In this document: one piece after another, positions 9,337 through 19,658 of the stretch
How positions within the stretch are numbered: position 1 is the first letter of the stretch
Layout of the letters: the number at the start of each line of letters is the position of its first letter
NCBI GenBank assembly: GCA_963674705.1
Contig: OY771506.1
Span: 3,424,001-3,488,000 of the forward strand
Length of the DNA: 64,000 bases
From: Phycisphaeraceae bacterium
Lineage (GTDB): Bacteria; Planctomycetota; Phycisphaerae; Phycisphaerales; Phycisphaeraceae
Reading direction: 5' to 3'
Notes under the pieces: generated by a model
Told to the model about the DNA's origin: nothing
The model's input: the letters and a program-made list of their open reading frames with translations, nothing else
The model's database searches: none
Made by a program: the position numbers and the translations under genes

Positions 9337-10617
9337 ATGATCTACGTCAGAGCCTTGATCGGCATTGTCACATTGTTGGGGCTTGCCTGGCTGTTATCCA
9401 GCAATCGAAAGCGTTTCCCCTGGCGCGTCGTGTTCTGGGGGATGGCTTTACAGATTGGCCTGGCGTTCATGATCCTCGGCACGGGCGTCGGTGTAGGGGC
9501 GCTGGAAGCGGCGAAGAACTTCGTCGTGGGTCTGATCGATGTCAATACCCGCGGCGTTGAAACGGTGTTTGGTTCGGACCTTCCCGCAAGAACCGGACCG
9601 GAATATATCTTTGCATTCGCCACGCACGGCCTGACGGTTATGATCTTCTTCTCCGCATTGATGGCGGTGCTCTATCACATCGGCATCATGCAGGTCGTGA
9701 TCTGGGTGTTGGCACGCGTCATGTCGTTCTTCATGGGTGTCAGTGGCGCCGAGGCCATGGCGATGGCTGCTAACATTTTCGCTGGACAAACCGAAGCACC
9801 GCTGGTCGTTAAGCCTTATCTCGCAAAGATGACGATGTCGGAAATGAACGCCCTGATGACGGGCGGCTTTGCGACTGTCGCGGGGTCTGTCTTGGCTGTA
9901 TACATCGGGGTGGTCGGCCCTGAAATCGGCGTACACCTGCTGACCGCATCCCTGCTCAGCGCGCCGGCAGCGTTCGTGATTGCCAAGATCATCCGTCCGG
10001 AGATCGACGAACCTGTTACCGGCCGACACCTGAAACTCAAAATTGAACGTACCGCTCATAACCTCATCGAAGCTGCCGCCAACGGCACGCAAGACGGTCT
10101 GAAACTCTGGCTGAACGTCATCGCCATGTTGATCGCGTTCACCGCGTTGGTCGAACTGGTCAACTGGCCTTTAGGCGCGATGGGACACGCGTGGTTCGGG
10201 ATGGGAGAAGGAGAACTATCCGTATCAGCGATCTTCGGCTGGTTCCTGTCCCCGATCGCCTGGTGTATCGGCGTTGAGAACTGGCACGATTGTAAGATTG
10301 TCGGCGGACTGATCGGCACCAAGCTCGCTATCAACGAACTCATTGCCTTCTTCGACTTGGGCGCCATGCTGGGCAAGATCGATCCGGAAACGGGTATGCA
10401 CCCGCAGTCCATTTTTCACGACCCACGCTCCGCCAAGCTGGTGACATACGCCATGTGCGGCTTCGCCAACTTTGCATCGATCGGCGTACAGATCGGCGGC
10501 ATCTCCCCACTGGTCCCTGAACGCAAAACAGACCTCTCACGTCTGGCACTACGCGCCATGTTTGGCGGCGCACTTGCATCAAGCTGTACCGCGGCGGTAG
10601 CAGGGATGTTTATCTGA
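9337..10617 (+). CDS. nupC: CNT family nucleoside:cation symporter (NupC-like)
   Basis: FFSALMAVLYHIG, ANIFAGQTEAP, GFATVAGSV, CGFANFASIG. Confidence 0.92.
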   Translation: MIYVRALIGIVTLLGLAWLLSSNRKRFPWRVVFWGMALQIGLAFMILGTGVGVGALEAAKNFVVGLIDVNTRGVETVFGSDLPARTGPEYIFAFATHGLTVMIFFSALMAVLYHIGIMQVVIWVLARVMSFFMGVSGAEAMAMAANIFAGQTEAPLVVKPYLAKMTMSEMNALMTGGFATVAGSVLAVYIGVVGPEIGVHLLTASLLSAPAAFVIAKIIRPEIDEPVTGRHLKLKIERTAHNLIEAAANGTQDGLKLWLNVIAMLIAFTALVELVNWPLGAMGHAWFGMGEGELSVSAIFGWFLSPIAWCIGVENWHDCKIVGGLIGTKLAINELIAFFDLGAMLGKIDPETGMHPQSIFHDPRSAKLVTYAMCGFANFASIGVQIGGISPLVPERKTDLSRLALRAMFGGALASSCTAAVAGMFI

Positions 10618-10659
10618 AGTGTGTTGTTTGAACGCCGCAGAGGGGACGATGAACAGTTC

Positions 10660-11643
10660 TTAAGGCGAATTCTTTTTCAGATTTACCGGTAGCTCCAGTT
10701 GCTGTTCATCTCTAATCAGACTGATGCTGACCGTATCACCGATCTGTTTTTCTCTGACAGCCGTGATTAACTGCTCCATCGAATCTACGGGCTTGCCTTC
10801 GATCTGTGTGATGATGTCGCCAGACATGATACCCGCATCCTCGGCTCCGCTGCCAGGCGCAACACTGAGAACACGGATGCCCTCGGTATCATTATCAATT
10901 GAAACCCCAAGATAGGGCGTGTTGGCGATATTGATCATCAGGATGATTGCCGCGATCGAAGGCACAAGGTTCAGCCAGAAGTGCGCCAAGATCGGCGAAA
11001 GCAGCGTCTTTCGCCAGGCATATAGAAGCGAAAACGCGATCCCGTACACAAAAATAATGACAACATAGGAAGGACTGTACAAATGCGTGAAAGCAAATAC
11101 TGTTGACTGGAGTATGCAGGCTATGATCAGGCCGAACCTGATGCGCAGGGTTCGGAAGAGGAAGCCTCGATAGAAAAGCTCTTCAGCAATCGGGCTCATG
11201 AACATGGCCATGAGCGCGAACGTGATCGTGATCGCGGGCTGCCCGTATCCTGCAATGTCGTTGATTCGATCGGCATTGTTCCGCGATTCGGGCCAGATGG
11301 CGTTGATGACTGCGATAAAAATAATCAACAGGATCGCCGTTGCTAAAGCGAGTGAACCCTCTATGACAACGCTTCGCAGGCTGATTGATTTGAACATCGA
11401 AGATAATCTTCGGTTTCTTTGCATCCACAAAGAAAAAACGATCATCCAGACTAACGTGATAAAGATGATAAAATTAGATAACCATGCATAGTTCAAATAG
11501 GTCGGAACCAGAAAGTGCAAAATGTAGTAGGTCGAAAGGGGTAGAATGAAAATGAATGTATATACCACAACGACGCCAATAACCGCGTCGCTTAGCCTCG
11601 GTAATGCTTTCTGCTCACAGATCCCCTCGGGAGATTGTTCCAA
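10660..11643 (-). CDS. CPBP (CAAX/Abi) intramembrane metalloprotease with C-terminal PDZ domain
   Basis: PIAEELFYRG, FAFTH, AHFWLN, then YLGVSI..V.PGSGAEDAGI..GDII PDZ signature. Confidence 0.85.
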   Translation of the reverse strand: MEQSPEGICEQKALPRLSDAVIGVVVVYTFIFILPLSTYYILHFLVPTYLNYAWLSNFIIFITLVWMIVFSLWMQRNRRLSSMFKSISLRSVVIEGSLALATAILLIIFIAVINAIWPESRNNADRINDIAGYGQPAITITFALMAMFMSPIAEELFYRGFLFRTLRIRFGLIIACILQSTVFAFTHLYSPSYVVIIFVYGIAFSLLYAWRKTLLSPILAHFWLNLVPSIAAIILMINIANTPYLGVSIDNDTEGIRVLSVAPGSGAEDAGIMSGDIITQIEGKPVDSMEQLITAVREKQIGDTVSISLIRDEQQLELPVNLKKNSP

Positions 11644-11723
11644 ACGAATATCCTTTGTTTGTACGTATTATGAAAACCCTGTCAAAGGAAGCGACGTCGG
11701 TTAATCTGAATACTGATACAAAC

Positions 11724-13238
11724 CTACATACTTCTATCCAGAAGCCGGTACTGGATCGCTTCCGCGACGTGTTGGTGCTGGATGGCTTCAACGCCTTCAA
11801 GGTCGGCGATCGTTCTCGCGACACGACGGATCTTGTCGTAAGCACGGGCACTCAGGCCCAGGTTGGTCATAGCCTCTTTGAGCATCGCCTGGCATATTTC
11901 ATCCAGCGGCGCCAACTTGTCGAGTTCCCGGCCGGTCAGTGTCCGGTTGGGTCTTAGCGATCCGCCATTTCGGTCGCATTGCAGCTTACGGCAGGCCACG
12001 ACTTTTTTACGCAATTCCGCACTGCTTGTCCCGTTCGCCTTGGCTGTCAACTGCTGATAGGGAACCGCCGGCACCTCGACATGGATGTCGACCCGGTCGA
12101 TCAATGGCCCGGAGATGCGAGACAGATACCGTTCCATCTGGCGCTGGCTGGTCTCATCGTCCGGCGTCTTGCCCTTCGGCGTGGGATTCATCGCCGCGAC
12201 AAGCATGAACCTTGCCGGGAATCGGATCGAACTGTGTGCTCGAGCGATCGTGACGCATGAATCCTCTAACGGCTGCCTTAATGTCTCCAGAACCGTGCGT
12301 GAAAATTCGGGCATCTCATCGAGAAACAGCACACCGTGATGTGCCAGGCTGACCTCGCCGGGTCTTGGGATCATCCCGCCGCCGACGACCGCAACTCCGC
12401 TGGCTGTGTGATGCGGCGAACGCACCGGCCTTGCTGTAATCAGCGGCTGGCCCTTGGGCACCTGCCCGATCGAAGAATAAATCCGTGTGACCTCCAACGC
12501 CTCATCACGCGATAACGGCGGTAAAATCCCCGGCAGCGCCTTGGCCATCATCGTTTTGCCTGTCCCCGCCGGGCCGATCATGATGACGTTGTGCGAACCC
12601 GCCGCCGCGATCAGCATCGCTCGCTTGACAGCTTCCTGACCGCGTACATCCGCAAAGTCCATCTGCGCATGGCCGTTGCATAGGATTGTCTCTGCATCAA
12701 CCTCAGGCAACGGCTCGATCTCGTGCTGTTCGTTCAAAAAACCGACAACACTCGCCAGCGTATCGACCGGGTAAACATCGATCCCGCCGACCGCCGACGC
12801 TTCGCTCGCGTTTTCAACCGGCACAATGACGCCATCAAGTTCCAGTTGCTTACAAAGCATCGCCAGGTTGATGACGCCATTCACCGCACGTACTCGTCCA
12901 TCAAGCGCAAGCTCCCCGGCAAACAGAAAACGCTTGTGCCGTTGTGTCTGTATCACGCGCTCCGCCAGCAGCAAACCCACCGCGATCGGCAGATCAAAGA
13001 TCGGCCCTTCCTTACGGATGTCCGCCGGCGCCAGATTGACCAGCAACCGCGACATCGGGAAGGGGTACCCCGTATTGATGATCGCCGAACGCACCCGTTC
13101 GATAGACTCTTTCACCGCCGCGTCGGGCAAACCGACGATCGTTGTCTTTGGTAATCCAGCATCTGCAATATCGACCTCCACCTCACAGGCGAGGGGATCG
13201 ATGCCGGACAGCACAAAACTATGGACCTGAGCGAGCAT
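11724..13238 (-). CDS. comM: YifB/ComM Mg-chelatase-like AAA+ ATPase
   Basis: IVGLPDAAVKES, NLAPADIRKEG, GPAGTGKT, RSPHH, LFLDE, SARAYDK. Confidence 0.93.
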   Translation of the reverse strand: MLAQVHSFVLSGIDPLACEVEVDIADAGLPKTTIVGLPDAAVKESIERVRSAIINTGYPFPMSRLLVNLAPADIRKEGPIFDLPIAVGLLLAERVIQTQRHKRFLFAGELALDGRVRAVNGVINLAMLCKQLELDGVIVPVENASEASAVGGIDVYPVDTLASVVGFLNEQHEIEPLPEVDAETILCNGHAQMDFADVRGQEAVKRAMLIAAAGSHNVIMIGPAGTGKTMMAKALPGILPPLSRDEALEVTRIYSSIGQVPKGQPLITARPVRSPHHTASGVAVVGGGMIPRPGEVSLAHHGVLFLDEMPEFSRTVLETLRQPLEDSCVTIARAHSSIRFPARFMLVAAMNPTPKGKTPDDETSQRQMERYLSRISGPLIDRVDIHVEVPAVPYQQLTAKANGTSSAELRKKVVACRKLQCDRNGGSLRPNRTLTGRELDKLAPLDEICQAMLKEAMTNLGLSARAYDKIRRVARTIADLEGVEAIQHQHVAEAIQYRLLDRSM

Positions 13239-13389
13239 GCACGAAGTGTAGCGACCCATACAAGAACCGTACAGCTATATAACGACCCAGAATCTTCTTA
13301 AGTGTGTAACTGCGGTCGGTTTGTGCGGATTAGGGATTTGGCGGAAGGATTCTAATTCAATATTTATACGGTGCTTAGCACTTTTCTGT

Positions 13390-13418
13390 TTGACCTGCGG
13401 GCTTAATCGGTCTATTCT
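13390..13418 (+). promoter_or_regulatory. Sigma70-type promoter
   Basis: TTGACC-17 nt-TATTCT, about 185 nt upstream of the 13603 ORF. Confidence 0.55.
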
Positions 13419-13602
13419 TATCGGGCACCCAAGATATATGACCGCTTTGGGTTGCCATACGGTGAAGCCGTGTTATTAGTTAGGTAACGCGACGTACATT
13501 CCGGTGGTCAAAACAAAGTGGGGTAACCGTAGTCCTCGGCCGGTCAGCCGGTGCGAGTTTACCCATCCGCCCAACCTCTAGATAAGGGAGGCGATCAGGT
13601 CG

Positions 13603-15573
13603 ATGCTCAACAACACGCTTCAACGTATCAAGTCAATGTGGAACGACAGCGAATCACAGCACGATTCCACCCCGCAGCAGATGCAGGAACTTGAGCCTCG
13701 GATGTTGCTCAGCGCGACAACGCTCGGCGCCATACCGGAGGTCTATATCAGCGCTTCGGGTGGCACCACTTCCGTCAACCTGAACGACTACTTCGACGAC
13801 GATGAGATTTCCGGAACACTCGTCCGTTTTACAACCGTTTACTACGACGCTAACAATGATCCGGTCTACGGCACGATCGACCTGGAGCTATTCGACGACG
13901 ATACGCCTGTCACAGTAGAGAACTTCCTTAGTTACCTGGACAGCGGCGCATATGACGACACATTTTTCCACCGTTCGGTACGTATCGGACAGACCGAGCC
14001 GGGTAGCAGTTCTGCCAGTGGTATCGATATCCTGCAGGGGGGCGGTTTCCGCTATGAATCTCCCGCGACTTACGAATTCATTGCTACCGGTGCAACACCG
14101 ATATTGAATGAATCTGGGATTTCCAACACGCGCGGCACTATCGCCATGGCCCGTACAAGCGACCCGGATTCCGCTACAAGCCAATGGTTCTTCAATTTAG
14201 ATGACGCCAATACCTCATTGGATGGCGATTCGTCTTCAGGCTACGCAGTCTTCGGACGAGTCCTCGGTGACGGTATGGATGTCATTGATGACCTTGCCTC
14301 AATCCCCATCTGGAATGCCCAGTCAATCAACTCCGCCTTTGGCAGCTTGCCTCTGAGCAACTTTGCCAATGAGTATTACCCCGACGAACATGACCTGGTT
14401 ACCGTCGAATCGGTAGAACGTCTTGAATCAGAACTCACCTACAGCATCGCCAGCAGGTCTGACCCGACTCGCATCGCCGCAACGATTGACGATGCCGGCG
14501 TCGTGACGATCTTCACGATCGGCACCAGCATCCCCGAGACGGTCACGATCACGATTGAAGCCACTGACTATGACGGTAACACCGTTCAGTCGACGATTAC
14601 CGTCAACATCGGAGCTGCCCAGAACAGCCTCGATAGCAACCGCCTGGCCGATATCATGTGGCGCAACTTCTCCTCGGGCAAGAACACCCTGTATGACATG
14701 CGAGGTTTCAATCTTGACACGGTTGTCAGCCTTGATGACGTGGCTAGCAACACCTTCTACATCGCCGCTATCGGTGATATGAACCAGGACGGTGAGAACG
14801 ACATCATCTGGCGCAATGCTTACGACGGTCGTAACGTTGTCTGGTTGATGGAGGGAACGGACATCTCAGAAGTTGTGGAACTGCAAACCCTCACGAACCG
14901 CAAGTGGATCATTGCCGGCGCCGGTGACTTCGATAATGACGGCAATACCGACCTGCTCTGGCGTAATTCGAATACCGGCAAAAATGTTGTCTGGTTGATG
15001 GATGGCACTGCCAATGTCGATTCGATGTCACTGGATAAAGTAGCTGATACAAATTGGTACATCGGCGGTGTCGGCGACTTCGATCGCGATGGCGCAACGG
15101 ATATCGTTTGGCGTAACGACGTTACGGGCCAGAACAAGATCTGGTTGTTGAATGCCGAAGACGGCTCCCTGAAAGAATCTGTCGCCGTGATTACCGAATC
15201 CAACACCAGTTGGGTGATGTCAGGCGTAGGCGACTATAACGCCGACAACCAGCCGGATATCCTGTGGCGCAATGTGAACAATGGCAGCGTGATGATATGG
15301 GTGATGGACGGCACATCTTACAGGGTCGCTCGCAAGGGGATCGCCAAGGTGCGTAACCAGGACTGGCAGTTGCCCGGCCGGACATCGCAACTCAAGGCCG
15401 AAGCACAAGCCCTGGCGAAGATCGAGCGCATCAAACGCCTTACCTCAAAATCAGTTGCAGCAACCACAGCAACGTTGGCGGCGGTGCAAATGTCACAGCA
15501 GACCGAATCGGTCCTCAGCATGGTCGAACCGATTATCACACTTGATGATGGCGAAGACGCTGACCTGTTGTAA
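13603..15573 (+). CDS. Exported cyclophilin-type PPIase with N-terminal LEPRxLL motif and C-terminal FG-GAP/VCBS repeats
   Basis: ELEPRMLLSA; TVENFL.Y, FFHR, LQGGG, RGTIAMAR, ATSQWFFN, YAVFGRV; repeats of GD(F/M/Y)xxDGxxDIxWRN. Confidence 0.88.
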   Translation: MLNNTLQRIKSMWNDSESQHDSTPQQMQELEPRMLLSATTLGAIPEVYISASGGTTSVNLNDYFDDDEISGTLVRFTTVYYDANNDPVYGTIDLELFDDDTPVTVENFLSYLDSGAYDDTFFHRSVRIGQTEPGSSSASGIDILQGGGFRYESPATYEFIATGATPILNESGISNTRGTIAMARTSDPDSATSQWFFNLDDANTSLDGDSSSGYAVFGRVLGDGMDVIDDLASIPIWNAQSINSAFGSLPLSNFANEYYPDEHDLVTVESVERLESELTYSIASRSDPTRIAATIDDAGVVTIFTIGTSIPETVTITIEATDYDGNTVQSTITVNIGAAQNSLDSNRLADIMWRNFSSGKNTLYDMRGFNLDTVVSLDDVASNTFYIAAIGDMNQDGENDIIWRNAYDGRNVVWLMEGTDISEVVELQTLTNRKWIIAGAGDFDNDGNTDLLWRNSNTGKNVVWLMDGTANVDSMSLDKVADTNWYIGGVGDFDRDGATDIVWRNDVTGQNKIWLLNAEDGSLKESVAVITESNTSWVMSGVGDYNADNQPDILWRNVNNGSVMIWVMDGTSYRVARKGIAKVRNQDWQLPGRTSQLKAEAQALAKIERIKRLTSKSVAATTATLAAVQMSQQTESVLSMVEPIITLDDGEDADLL

Positions 15574-15597
15574 TATGCCGACAATCAATCCAACAAT

Positions 15598-15628
15598 AAA
15601 CCGGGTGGCGTTTAGCCACTCGGTTTTT
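15598..15628 (+). terminator. Intrinsic terminator, possibly bidirectional
   Basis: AAACCGGGTGGC-GTTTA-GCCACTCGGTTTTT between convergent genes. Confidence 0.8.
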
Positions 15629-15647
15629 ATTTGTTATCTGCAACAGG

Positions 15648-15989
15648 TCAAGCAGGGCGGCGGTATCTCCGTCGAATCATCGATGTTTCCAAGAGTAGCG
15701 CCGAACCGAGTGTCCACATCGCAACGACCCCGAGGATCACAGCCATGCGCTTCCAAGACGCACCGTCTTCCATCCGCTGCATAGCTGTGGCAATCAGTGT
15801 GCGTATCCATTCAAGCGCCCCGATTACAAGCACAGCCTGCACCAGCCGCACCGCCCAACGCCTGCGGATAAACAAACTGCACGGCAGCGCCAATGAGATA
15901 GCAACTAATATCAGATTGTTATGACGCAAGAAGTGCGCCGCCAGCAACAGGCAACTCAGTACCGCCGGGATGAGCAGGATAATCCACAT
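15648..15989 (-). CDS. Small hypothetical membrane protein
   Basis: About 4 hydrophobic segments, LLAAHFLR motif, basic tail; directly downstream of hslU. Confidence 0.7.
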   Translation of the reverse strand: MWIILLIPAVLSCLLLAAHFLRHNNLILVAISLALPCSLFIRRRWAVRLVQAVLVIGALEWIRTLIATAMQRMEDGASWKRMAVILGVVAMWTLGSALLLETSMIRRRYRRPA

Positions 15990-16012
15990 GGTTAGCGGCG
16001 ATGTGTTAGCCG

Positions 16013-17410
16013 TTAAAGCACAAACTTGCTCAGGTCCTTATCATCAGCAATCGCCTGGACCTGCTCAAGCACATACGCCTCGTTGATTGTGACAGTCTTC
16101 TCGCCTCGCGCCGCCATCTCGGGGGCGTCGAAGTTCACTTGCTCAAACACTTTTTCAACAATCGTCATCAGACGGCGTGCGCCGATGTTTTCAAGCGTGG
16201 CATTTGCCTTGGCGGCAAGTTGCGCCATGGCCCTGATGCCGGCCTCTTCAAACACGACCTCCAACCCTTCCACCTCCAGCAACGCTTGCTGCTGCTTGGT
16301 CAACGCGTTGCCCGGTTCCGTGAGGATGCGAACGAAGTCTTCCTCGCCCAAAGCATTCAACTCAACGCGGATCGGAAATCGTCCTTGAAGTTCGGGCATC
16401 AGATCGCTGACATCCGCAGCATGGAAAGCACCGGCCGCGATGAAGAGGATATGATCCGTCTTCACCACGCCGAAGCGAGTCGTCACGCTCGTACCTTCAA
16501 CGATCGGCAGCAGGTCGCGTTGCACACCTTGGCGTGATACATCCGGTGAACCGCCGCCACCCGAGCCGGACTTCCCGCCGGAAACCGCGATCTTATCGAT
16601 CTCGTCAAGAAAGATGATCCCGCCATCCTGCGTGCGCTGAATCGCTTCGGTGGTCACCTTGTCTTCATCCAACAGCTTATCTGTTTCCTGGTCGATCAGG
16701 ACCTGGCGCGCCTGCGCAACCGTCATCTTTTTTCGGCTGTCCTTGCTCGGGATCATCCGTTCAAGCATGTCCGACATCTGCGGGTCCATCTGGTCGATGC
16801 CCATGTTGGCGAACATGACCGATGTATGAGGTTTCTGAGTAATCGTTAACTCGACTTCTTTATCATCGAGTTGGCCGGTATCAAGTTGCTCACGTAACTT
16901 CTTTCTGACATGTTCTCGCCGCTCGGTGGAGCTTTCAGTGCTGACATAACCAACCGTCCCGCCTGCGGGAGGGGATGGTTCACTGGAACCGGGATATAAA
17001 AGATTCACCAGTCGATCATTTGCTGCTTCCTTGGCTTTTCCCGCCACGTGCACAGCCTGTTCGTTACGCACCATCGATATCGCCTGGTCCAGAAGGTCAC
17101 GGATCATGGATTCCACATCTCGGCCGTGATAGCCCACTTCCGTGAACTTGCTCGCTTCCACCTTGACGAACGGAGCGTCTGCCAGCTTGGCAAGTCTGCG
17201 AGCAATTTCCGTCTTACCCACACCGGTGGGCCCGCTCATAATAATGTTCTTGGGATAGACCTCGGAAGCCATATCCCCGGTCAACTGCCGGCGACGCCAA
17301 CGGTTGCGGATGGCGACCGCCACGGCCCGCTTTGCCTGGTCCTGGCCGATAACGTACTGATCGAGCTGTTCAACAACTTGTCGGGGGGTAAGGTTATCCA
17401 TGAACCGCAT
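16013..17410 (-). CDS. hslU: ATP-dependent protease ATPase subunit HslU
   Basis: LTPRQVV, GPTGVGKTEIARR, KFTEVGYHGRD, FLDEIDK, GVQRDLLP, ENIGARRL, DLSKFVL. Confidence 0.97.
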   Translation of the reverse strand: MRFMDNLTPRQVVEQLDQYVIGQDQAKRAVAVAIRNRWRRRQLTGDMASEVYPKNIIMSGPTGVGKTEIARRLAKLADAPFVKVEASKFTEVGYHGRDVESMIRDLLDQAISMVRNEQAVHVAGKAKEAANDRLVNLLYPGSSEPSPPAGGTVGYVSTESSTERREHVRKKLREQLDTGQLDDKEVELTITQKPHTSVMFANMGIDQMDPQMSDMLERMIPSKDSRKKMTVAQARQVLIDQETDKLLDEDKVTTEAIQRTQDGGIIFLDEIDKIAVSGGKSGSGGGGSPDVSRQGVQRDLLPIVEGTSVTTRFGVVKTDHILFIAAGAFHAADVSDLMPELQGRFPIRVELNALGEEDFVRILTEPGNALTKQQQALLEVEGLEVVFEEAGIRAMAQLAAKANATLENIGARRLMTIVEKVFEQVNFDAPEMAARGEKTVTINEAYVLEQVQAIADDKDLSKFVL

Positions 17411-17662
17411 ATCCTAACCGCTGACAAAATCGGTGCTAGCAAGCCCATCCGATAAACAGTTCGGTTTGTCCTGTCTGGGCGGTCTGCAAGGCCCGGATAA
17501 CGCGGGTAAGAGCTAAACAAGGCCCCGCTTTCAGACGATTGACATCATAGTTGATGTACCAAGCCCGGCGCTGCGGGTGCGTCCGTTCAGATGTATGACG
17601 GCGACCGCAGACGGGATTCCGCTGTGGCCCCTTAACACAGGGCCTGGAGGCGAGTTGGACGC

Positions 17663-18802
17663 ATGGCACTGGGCTTTACCAAACCGAAGTACTCACCGAT
17701 TGCGATTGACTTTGGCGCTGACACGCTGAAGCTATTGCAGGTAACACTGGGCGATCCGCCTCAACTGGTCGCGAGCGCCTGCCGTGTGATCCCGGAACTC
17801 TATCGCGACGAGTCGGCCGGACGCACGACTTATATCGCCGATGCGCTGCGCGACCTGCTCAAGTCTCAACCCTTCAAGGGCCGCCGCGCTATCTGCTCGA
17901 TCCCTGCGTATCAAACGCTTATTCAACAACTCGAACTCGACAAGACCGATGACAGCGAATTCGAACAGCAGGTCGGCCTGCACCTTGTCCAGCGTTTCGA
18001 TGTAGATCCTTCCCGCATGGTCGTGCGCAGCCATAAGGTCGGCAAGATCATCCGCAACGGTCTGACCAAGCACCAGGTCGTCTGCATCGCAGCGCGGCGC
18101 GACGCGGTCATGAAAATCATTGAGCTGGCCAACCGCTGCAAACTCGAAGTCGTGGGTATGCACAGCGAACCCATGGCCATCGTCAAAGCACACAAATATC
18201 TCTCCGGCAATCAAAACGGAAGCAGGACGATTTGCTACGTCGATATCGGTGCGGGTTTGACGAAAGTAATCGTCGCACACGGTAACGATCTGGCGTTTGC
18301 TAAGGTCATACACGCGGCGGGCAATCAACTCACGCGCGAACTGGCTCAGATGCGGGGTATCGGATTCGATGATGCCCGGAAACTACGTGCCCGCACAGCA
18401 GTCCACCATTCCGGTGAGTCACACGCCGCGATTGGTGCACTCGGTAGCATTGGTCAATTATCCGCTGCTGCAACCGAACCGATCTCCGATGATGAATCAC
18501 CCGACGCCAGTGAAACCATTGAATCCCTGATCGATGACCTGCGTCTATCGCTGCGTTACTACCACAGCACGTTCCCGGATAAGCCCATCAACCAACTGAT
18601 CTTCCTGGGTGGCGAATCCCAGGACGTGCGGATGTGTCAGACAGTCGCAAAGTCGGTTTCCATTGCGGCGAAGCTGGGAGACCCATTTGCAGGGGTAGAC
18701 ACGCTTGAGAATCAGGATGCCGCCGGCGGCATCGAACCATACAAACCTATGCCCGGTTGGGCGGTACCGCTCGGACTGTGCTTTAGCGACGCAAACCTGT
18801 AA
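17663..18802 (+). CDS. pilM: Type IV pilus assembly protein PilM (actin-like)
   Basis: PIAIDFG..TLKL, VDIGAG.T, FLGGES, W.VPLGL; GGAGG RBS. Confidence 0.85.
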   Translation: MALGFTKPKYSPIAIDFGADTLKLLQVTLGDPPQLVASACRVIPELYRDESAGRTTYIADALRDLLKSQPFKGRRAICSIPAYQTLIQQLELDKTDDSEFEQQVGLHLVQRFDVDPSRMVVRSHKVGKIIRNGLTKHQVVCIAARRDAVMKIIELANRCKLEVVGMHSEPMAIVKAHKYLSGNQNGSRTICYVDIGAGLTKVIVAHGNDLAFAKVIHAAGNQLTRELAQMRGIGFDDARKLRARTAVHHSGESHAAIGALGSIGQLSAAATEPISDDESPDASETIESLIDDLRLSLRYYHSTFPDKPINQLIFLGGESQDVRMCQTVAKSVSIAAKLGDPFAGVDTLENQDAAGGIEPYKPMPGWAVPLGLCFSDANL

Positions 18803-18855
18803 GCATCAATGTGCCGTCATGAATGCGACGGATCACACGACGTGTGGAGAATACC

Positions 18856-19653
18856 ATGGCTAGAAATCAGAGCTTCCTCCCCGAGGATTACTTACAGCGA
18901 AAGGTCGCGATACGGACCAATGCCATCTGCATAACACTTTTCATGCTGGAGTTGCTCTGCGTGATCGGTGTTCCTGTGGTCATGGGTCGGCAGCGCGAAG
19001 AAGTCCGCCAGCAACAGGCCGCGGTTGACGAGAAGTACCGTGAAGCCGCCCTGCGCATCGACCAACTCGAGCAGCTCCAGAAAGACAAGAAGCTGATGAT
19101 GCAGCGCCGCAAGGTCGCCGAGGTCCTCGTTGAGAAGGTCCCACGCAGCGTCATCCTGGCCGAGTTGACCAATCAGATGCCCTCCACGCTGAGTCTGCTC
19201 GAGTTCGAAATGGAGACGAACGTGCTCAAGACAGCGCCTCGTCCCCTGACCGCAATCCAGCGTGAAGCTAAGAAGAACCAGCAGAAGCGTGAAAAACTGG
19301 AAGAATCGGATGCTCCCAAGGTCCAGCCGACCGAGGTAGCTCTTAACCTGATCGGTGTCGCGCCTACCGACCTGGAAGTGTCACAATTCCTGGCGAACCT
19401 TAATCAGCATGCCCTGTTTGAGAACATCTTCCTCCGTTACAGCGAAGGCACAATGATCCAGGATCGCGAGATGCGTAAGTTCGAGGTCGAGCTGACGCTG
19501 AATCAGAATGTCTCACCGAACCGTCTGCACGCCCAGGTGGACCTGCCGATGGACCCGATGGGTGATACGATCCAAATCAACGAACAAGGCGAACGTGTAC
19601 TGAACGACCCGAAGGTGTCGCCGGTATCGAACCTGCCAAAGGATAAGGAGTAA
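18856..19653 (+). CDS. pilN: PilN-domain protein
   Basis: N-terminal SFLP motif, single TM, coiled coil, L.GVA....VSQF...L. Confidence 0.75.
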   Translation: MARNQSFLPEDYLQRKVAIRTNAICITLFMLELLCVIGVPVVMGRQREEVRQQQAAVDEKYREAALRIDQLEQLQKDKKLMMQRRKVAEVLVEKVPRSVILAELTNQMPSTLSLLEFEMETNVLKTAPRPLTAIQREAKKNQQKREKLEESDAPKVQPTEVALNLIGVAPTDLEVSQFLANLNQHALFENIFLRYSEGTMIQDREMRKFEVELTLNQNVSPNRLHAQVDLPMDPMGDTIQINEQGERVLNDPKVSPVSNLPKDKE

Positions 19654-19658
19654 CCACG

